Shown piece after piece: positions 55,601 through 64,000 of a stretch of 64,000 nucleotides of DNA (its first letter is position 1; each line of letters starts with the position of its first letter). Source of the stretch: Chrysomallon squamiferum (Eukaryota > Animalia > Mollusca); the NCBI GenBank assembly GCA_012295275.1, contig CM022678.1, positions 10,044,001-10,108,000 on the forward strand, read 5' to 3'. The position numbers were made by a program, and so were the translations under genes. The notes under the pieces were generated by a model. It made no database searches. It was given only the letters and a program-made list of their open reading frames with translations, and was not told where the DNA came from.

Positions 55601-57485
55601 GTTCCAAAATGTCAGTTTGACTCTGTATTTTATCAACAATTTCTTGAATATTTTTATCCTTAACAAGCTGATTTACCTTCTGAAAATAAACAGTTTAAAT
55701 CCACAGTTTAGTATATCCTATAACTAAATGTGGTGAAAGTTCTGAATGACATTCAGTAAATATTGACATTTCCATGTCAAATTATTTACTGAAACATAAT
55801 CTAAAGCTAGAGAGATAACAAATATGTCTAAAATAAAGATGAATTTGAATAACATAATTAAAGCTAAAATTGAATTTAGAAACACTGTCAATAAAATTAA
55901 TATAGATTTAATTTTCTTTAACGACTGATTTCACACATACCTCAACATCATTCCTTACAGTTCTTGGTCCATGTTCTTTTCAGCAATGTCACAAGACCTT
56001 TCTTGAATATCTTTTCTCTGCTCTAGAGTTAATTTGTCCATCTTGAAGGCCAGAGACAGACTCAGGAATTTAGTCTGTTTAAAATACACCATAATATATA
56101 AATATAATACAATCAAAAGCTAATGTAAAGACATTAAACTGACATTATACTGAAAATAATAAAGTATGTTAATAAAATAATAAGCAGACATTTTATTAGT
56201 TTTGACATCATTTTGTAAACAGCAAACAAGCATGACCTGCGAACTCAAACACAATGCAAACATGATTACTCATTTCAGACTCTAACCAAAACAAAACAGA
56301 CAGAAATGCATTTAACACCACCTTCAAAAATAAAGTTAGAATGAGATACTGACCAATGAGTATTTCAACTAAAGGTACAACCAGACTTGCTAATCTTAAT
56401 TCATTGTCCAAAATCCCACAATAAAGGACAATTCATTATTTATGAGGACTGTTACTGAATCACACCAGTTTGTATAAATGACAAGAACATGGCAGAATGA
56501 AATAAAAAATAGTTTACAGTGACACATCATAACTACATCAAAACAGACATGAATGCTTTTCAGTCCTGATAACAACATGTTAATGTCATTCTGCATCAGG
56601 TAGCTGATTTCAGTCATTTTGATTACATACTGCATTACTTTTCTGTGACAGCATAGAACTGATTTTCTGCATCTAATTTTCAATTTGATTAAAAATATAA
56701 TTTTATAATCTGGCTACAACAATAAATTTATCCAGAATAATAACCTTTTAATCCCAAAAGATCAAGAGAATTCCAATTAATTACAAATATTTAATTGCTA
56801 ACATTTTAAAATGTGATGATATAATTGATTCAAACCACAATAAAGTCCTTTATATCTACAGATCTTTTTGTTATATTTTAGAAATATATATATTTTTTAT
56901 AACATTAAATGACAGCTGAATAAATTCATAAAATTTTTTTATTTCTGAATATCATTCAGTTCATTAGCTAGTTTATGTATATTATTCTAAACAAAACAAA
57001 ACTGCAGTGATTAAAATGCTGAAGTGTTATCTTGATCTGAACTGAACTTTTATCACCTACAAATCTGTAAGTATGTTTATTAAAGTTAACAGATTTGAAT
57101 CCTGAACGAGGAAGTGATCCAGCTGATCAAAAAATAATAATTGAAGAAAATAATGCAGATACTGCAACAGTATCACAGAAACTAATCAATTCTCTGTCAT
57201 CTCATATATAAAATTTTGACTTGTAGGAAACACAGTTGTAAGGATTTACATCTGCTTCTTCCTGATCAATGGCAATTTATAACATAATTACCACCAACTT
57301 CATCACTATGCATTTTCATTTTTCAGAATATCATTGAATTTCTATAAAACAGAATCAAGAAATGAAGTGCTGGTTTAGACTGGTTTTTGTTTTATTTTAA
57401 TTATTATTATTGTTGTGGTAGTGGTGGTTGTTGGTATTATATATTTTCAAATAATTTATTTAAATTGCTATTTTAGCTGATAAAG

Positions 57486-57534
<49 letters not shown>

Positions 57535-59726
57535 AAATTTGTTTTTAAATTTCAAACAAACTACATAATATATAATCTACTTACCTGAAAAGTCTTCATG
57601 TGTCTTTTAACCCAAGCTGGTCAAGAAAACCCCTGAAATTATGGACATCACAGGATCCAAACTTTGTGCTGGTGGCATGATAGCTACATTTAAACAACTA
57701 TCTTGTTTCATGTATGAGTAACTGTTTCCTACTATTTGTTCAAGATCGGGCAATTTTGTGCAAGATTTTTAGCCAGATTTATCTAAATAAACAAATATAG
57801 AAAGAAAAATTAATAAAATAAAAATAAAATAACAATAAATAAAAAATCTAAATCTTAATGTACATTAGTTAAAATATTTTTTTTACCTATTCCAGGCTAG
57901 GATTAATTTGCACAATAAAATCTTTGGGAAGAAAAATTTCAGTCATGGAAAATTATTATAAATTATCAATGAATTATACTTTAACAATGTTTTAATACTG
58001 ACTTTATTTATCTGGATATGATGGTAACATTCAAAAAGCAGCAAAAATAACTTTAAAAAAAAACTAAATCCTTTGCCTGAGCAAACCTTACAATTAATGG
58101 CCACTGGCCATTACAAGCCCTGCATTCATATTACACACGTACTTACACACATTACTGTTATTTATTATTATAAAACATACTGATACCACTTACTTTAGAA
58201 CAGTTCTCTGTTTTATTGACTTCCTCTGACTGTCTAGTAACAGTATCAGATGAATTTGTCAGCTTCAGGTTTTTTTCTCAAAATCACCTGCAAAACCAGA
58301 AAGAGATTTAAAATTGTGATAGAATTATATCTCATAGGGAAAAACAAAAACAAATTTATAAATAAAAATTAATGAAAGGCTTTTAATCCCAAATCTGCAC
58401 TAATTACTTCTGCTAGTTAGATTCTTCAACAGAATGAAGGTCAGATCTGTAGCTGATGGATGCTATTAATTTAAATGTTATGATAAACATGCAGAGAAGT
58501 TTTGAATGCCAGTATTTAAAAAAAATAATAATATAAATAAATTAAATATTAAAAATAAAATTAAAAATTAAATATAAATAAAAAGATACAAAGATAAAAG
58601 AGATAATAGTAAAGGAAAGTGAAGATAAATGAAAATTCTCAAATTTATAGTGAAATAAATCAACATTAAAACAAAAATCATTGCATAATGCAGAACAGAA
58701 TTGTTAAAAGTATTAAACTTGATTAAAAAAACCTGAAAGATAAAAAAAAACATGCAAATTTAAAGTAATAGAAAATCAAAACTTCTGTCTTAAAGCTTGT
58801 AATTTGAAACTTTCATTCGCAGTTGTAAAATTACTTAAAGTAAAAAATAAACAAATAAAGTATTTTCTAATAATCTAACAAACTGAAGAGGCAACATTTA
58901 ACTGTAAATATTATAACCAAACTGATTAAAACAAAAAACAGATGATTAAAACAAAAAACAGATGAATACAGAAATGGGTCTGTACAAATTATTCATATTT
59001 TAATTACAATGAAAATAAATTTCTACTTTACAAACAAACAAATAACAAAACACAAAATTGTAAATACCATATTTATTATAAAAATAATATTAATTTATTG
59101 CTATCTAAGCATTATTTCTATGAAATCTATGGAAAAATAAATAAATATATATTCAAAATAGCTAACCTGAAATATATTTTATTTGATAAATTTATTGAAT
59201 TATATAAACATAAAACAACTTCCAGTAAGATATAACATGGAATTAAACAAACAAACAATTACATTTTCTTTGATATATTATTATAAAATTACTTTATGGT
59301 GAAAACTAAAATGTGAGTATGAAAAAGGAGTATTTATTTCCTAATTAAATTTTAACTGTTACTATCTTAATAAAAAAAAATAAGGCAAACAACTGTTCTT
59401 GAGCTTATACTTTGAAGTTATATCTCTTGATATTATTAAAATTCTATATTCTGCAGGAATTTTTAAAAACTTTTCATAATTTATTACACTGTAATAAAAT
59501 TGATGCTGAATTCTGTTTTAAAAAGATTATTTTGATTATTATTAAGTTTTGCTATGTTTATGCAAGTCATAACTTTACTTAAAAACTGTTAAGGTTTATT
59601 ATGTCAAAAAGTGCAAGAGTTGGTAAAATTTTAAATTTATTTATTAAAAAGACATATATTTCCTTAATTGTTAAAAAAAAACTATATGATATAAAAATAG
59701 TTTCTCTTAAAACAAAAAAAATGGTA

Positions 59727-59776
<50 letters not shown>

Positions 59777-62700
59777 GTGAAAATAAATAAATATATGTGT
59801 ATTGCTAGTTAATATTCTCAGTAACAGTAACGTGTGAACACAGAAAGTGAAGGTATGTTTGTTATAAATCTAAACATTTAACAATATTAAAAACAAAGTG
59901 TTTTATTTAACTGATTATAAAGCTCATTTTGATTTTTATTAAGACCAATAGTAAATAAATAAATGAAATGTACAACAATTAATGTTTTTACTTTAGTAAA
60001 AATAAAGAAGGAAAAATGCCTATTGATAACCTAACTCACAAAAACATATTTCTTTACAATTACTGACTAATGTTCACTTAAAATTAATAAATAAAATAAA
60101 AACAAATTTTCACCTATAAAAATAACCCATTAAAAAAAAATCTTATACAAACAGTCTGTGTTTTTCATCATCATTCTTATCTATTAATTTTATTTTACTG
60201 TGATCATGTGTGAAAACATGATAGCAAAACATAATTAAAACTTTACTTACCTTTTCACTGCTAACATTTCCTGCATTTTCAGCTGGCTTATTGTCATCCA
60301 TTCTGAAACACAAATAACACAGTAATAAATCAAATAAGTCAGCAGGTAATTTAAATATTTTGGAAAAATGCAAAGAATTACTAAGAAATGTATTTAAAAT
60401 AATTTAACAAAACAAAATCATTCATCGCAAATGCAGCTTGATGATTTACGGAGTTCACTGACAGGTTTCATACAGCAGTTTGGTCACAAGAAGGGAAGGA
60501 ACTCTGCCTGTTACACTTACTGTTGAACACTGAAATACAAATTCACTACCTAGATCTTGTTGTTTTATTTCATGCAGCTGCATATCACCATGACGAAAAT
60601 GACAAATGAGTTGAGAAAAGAAAACAAAGAAATAAAAGAACACTTAGCTACCTTGTCAAAGTATTTGTCATTGTGATGTTTATTATGGGTGAAACTCTGC
60701 TATTGTCATCTTGACCATCACAGTGATCAGTGTCCTCCTGGATTAAGGTTGATAATTTTACTGAGGGTCTGAAAATGTAAGTTTTATGTTATTTAAGAGT
60801 CTGCATAGAAAAATAAATGATTTAGGGAAACAAAAAAGGGACAGACACAGAAAAAGAATATTAATTTTAAGGTTACATTCTGTAACAACCATAAAATAAA
60901 AAAGACCACAACATTTAGTGCAAAACTACTTAAAATTCTATAAATAAATATAATAAATACAAAAATGTTAATAACTATTTCTGTGTAACCTTTTCATAAA
61001 CAGTGTAACTGTTAGTCACCACAGAAAATATATTAATATTTTTGGTTTCTCTGTTTCATCAATCAGCTTATATGTTGTTACTGCAAAATATTTTTAAATG
61101 CAGACCTCCTTTCAAACAAAAATGAAATTTTATTCTTCTTATTCAAATATTTTCACTGGTCATTTCTGATAAATGATTTAATTAGACTTTCTAATAATTA
61201 CTGACACTTATACAAGTATTGAACCTAAGCAGGTTTTTCATTCTTAAATAACATTCATCAAAATATTATTATCAGATATTAACAGCTCTACATCAACTAG
61301 CTAATTTTTGAAATATACTTTTTTTTTTTCTATTAATTAAAATAAGAAATAAATTAACTTATCTAACAATACAATAAAAGGAGTTTTAAAGACCAGATTA
61401 TTCCTAGGAAAAACACACTTACTGATACTGTATGTCTATCACTGTGGGTTTATATGACAAAACTATTTACATATTTACTCTGGTGGGGAGGGATGACTCT
61501 GGTGCAATGTGAACAAATATATCTGATCAAAGGATACAGCTACTTTATTACTGTACAGATTCTACTGAATGTAAAAATAAAGCTAATATTTTGTACTTAT
61601 TTCTGTATTTTTTATTGATACGTCAAATATCAGTTTCAGTACACCACAAATAAACAAATCAGTTCATGTCAATTTGTCTTCAGTGTGTCCCATTATAACA
61701 TATGCTGTCTTAATCCAGCCCTATTTTAATTTTTTCACCAACTCACTAATCTATATATATGTATCTCTCTATCTAAATATGTATCAGCCTATGTACATAC
61801 TGATCTACCAACTGCCTACACATCTACTTATCTATCAATGGTTTATCTATTTTATCTATTTGTCTTTTATATTAAATCTCCCTATCTATATTCTGAATGT
61901 CTGTCCATCTATAAACACTATATGTATGCCCATCCCCTCTGATTAGACTTCAAAAATACACAATAAAACTTTCTTATACATGCATATATGCATTTATACA
62001 TTACCTCCTCCTTTCATGCTAAATTCACAGCCACTCCTCAAAAACACACAAGCACATTCACATACATATATATCTGTAACAGAACAATGTACTCCATTTG
62101 CATACCTATATGCCAACACCAATTTCCATATATACATGTACCAACCTGTCATTTTCTTTTTTTATCTATCTTTCACATTTTGATCCATCAACCTGCTGAG
62201 TTATCTATCTACACACACATCTACCTATCTACCTACCTATCTGCTCCTTCTATCTTATGTATTTTTCTTTTATCTTGTCCATCCATGCATGTACCAACAC
62301 ATAACCATCCACCAATCATCTACCCAACTCCCTGCCTACCTACATATCTAACTATGTCTACATACCTACATTACAACCTGTCTTTCTGTTTATCCATCTA
62401 CAAACACTCTATATCTGCATAACTTTATATATTTTCTTTCTCATTTTCCAAATTAGTTGTTATGATCACTGTGTATCTTCCTCTCTGTTAATTTAGCTAT
62501 GGTCTGTCTTCTATCTTATTATTCCATTTTTACCATCTATCTATTATGACTACTTATCAAGCTGACTGTTTCTCATGCAGTCTGTATGATCTACATCTAT
62601 GTATCAATCCATCATCTATCTTTCCATCCATCTGTTCATCTGTCAGTGCTTACAGACATTTTTAAAACTTTTTATTAAATTTAAAATAAAGAATATTTAT

Positions 62701-63123
62701 CACTTAACCTGTTCTATAATTCTAAATATACAAAGAGCTTCTCTTCAAAGTAAATATTTTGAAATCATCTCTTAGATTCAGTTATCTGGTATACCTTTAC
62801 CTCCACCCTATTTTCTCTAATACATTTATTTAAAAAGGGCACTTACCTGGAACCCCATCCATATTTCTTCCTCTCTACTGGGCTTTTTGTTTACAATAAA
62901 AGTTGGTATAACCTTTACATCTCTTCTTTTCAATATCAATGATATAGGTAATAATACATCTCCTTAATTTCAGGTCTTCTCACTTCTTCCTTTTTAATAG
63001 AAAAAAAATAAAAGACATGAATCTTCACTTTGCACTATGGACTGTGCATTTTATAAAGTTAAGAGATTTAATTTGCTGCTTTATGAGCTTTCCAAAAACT
63101 TAAATAAGGAAAAAGTAATAACA

Positions 63124-63154
<31 letters not shown>

Positions 63155-63430
63155 GTACATATCACCTTAATTATGGACTGTGAAGAATGTATATTTTACT
63201 CAATTTACTTTTTCACTGTTGATTATAAAATTAGTATACTCTTATTATACATTTTTTAAAATAAGTTTATTTATTTATTTATTTAATTTTTATTTTGTAT
63301 TGTGAATGAAACTGGTTTGGAAAATCAATATTTATACTTTTTCCATTGTTAATAATGAAAAATACATAGATTGTTCAGTATTAATTTTCAAATTTAATTT
63401 TTATTTATTTATTTATTTTACTTTTTCTGA

Positions 63431-63488
<58 letters not shown>

Positions 63489-63557
63489 TAAAATAAATAA
63501 ATAAATAAATAAATAAAATAAAATTTTTAAAAGTTTGTTTAGTTTAAATTTCTGTTG
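47441..63557. repeat. Inverted segmental duplication, right arm
   Basis: Reverse complement of the two left-arm blocks; 10 mismatches in the 132-nt coiled-coil exon by hand alignment; multiple large indels. Confidence 0.95.
53975..62990 (-). pseudogene. IRAG/LRMP (MRVI1-domain, Jaw1-like) pseudogene, most complete copy (B)
   Basis: Exon 55941-56074 TKFLSLSLAFKMDKLTLEQRKDIQERSCDIAEKNMDQEL and exon 55548-55679 KVNQLVKDKNIQEIVDKIQSQTDILEQRAACISSRVEVFGAVQQ match the LRMP coiled coil (FLRLSLGFKCDWFTLEKR..ERSRDLAEEN..AARVASRAEMLGAINQ). The terminal exon from 54386 has a decayed hydrophobic segment and ..VIVHRGV. Upstream exons (57585-57782, 58194-58287, 60251-60302, about 60651-60768 and one ending near 62847) are assigned by colinearity only. 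Confidence 0.8.
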
Positions 63558-64000
63558 GTATAACCTTTACATCTCTTCTTTTCAATATCAGTGATATAGG
63601 TAATAATACATCTCCTTAATTTCAGGTCTTCTCACTTCTTCCTTTTTAATAGAAAAAAAAAGACACGAATCTTCACTTTTCACTATGGACTGTGCATTTT
63701 ATAAAGTTAAGACTGAGATTTAATCTGCTGCTTTATGAGCTTTCCAAAAACTTAAATAAGGAAAAAGTAATAACACTTTAATTTTGTATTTTTTTTTTGT
63801 ACATGTCACATTAATTATGGACTGTGAAGAATGTATATTTTACTCAATTTACTTTTTCACTGTTGATTATATAATTATACCATACATTTTTTTTAAATAA
63901 GTTTATTTATTCATTTATTTAATTTTTTTTTTTTTGTATTGTGAATGAAACCTTTTTGGAAAATCAATATTTATATTTTTTCCATTGTTAATAATGAAAA
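63554..64000. repeat. Direct tandem duplication of about 62902-63360, running off the window
   Basis: gttggtataacctttacatctcttcttttcaatatca... recurs about 650 bp downstream. Confidence 0.9.

Overview
AT-rich, microsatellite-dense, intron-containing animal DNA. The EGFR motif HPCCVRILAVC..AQMMLITQLM suggests a protostome, probably a mollusc (inference). A 200-N scaffold gap lies at 36010-36209. I found no intact protein-coding gene, and most ORFs in the track are translations of microsatellites. Reading splice-flanked exons by hand shows a mosaic of intron-retaining gene fragments: (i) an EGFR-like transmembrane+kinase pseudogene on the minus strand (4.8-10.5 kb), downstream of a co-oriented solo LTR and two LRR-like exons; (ii) three partial copies of an IRAG/LRMP (MRVI1-domain) gene, carried by a large inverted segmental duplication (about 14.5-21.0 kb plus 28.2-36.0 kb versus 47.4-63.6 kb); (iii) a CAMSAP/patronin CH-domain exon followed by a decayed L1/Tx1-type LINE (36.8-40.4 kb); (iv) further unidentified exon chains. 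There are also many minisatellites, a Gypsy pol remnant and pogo/Tigger-like terminal-repeat remnants. All homology calls come from motif recognition by eye, not database searches. One inverted arm ends exactly at the gap, so an assembly contribution cannot be excluded.
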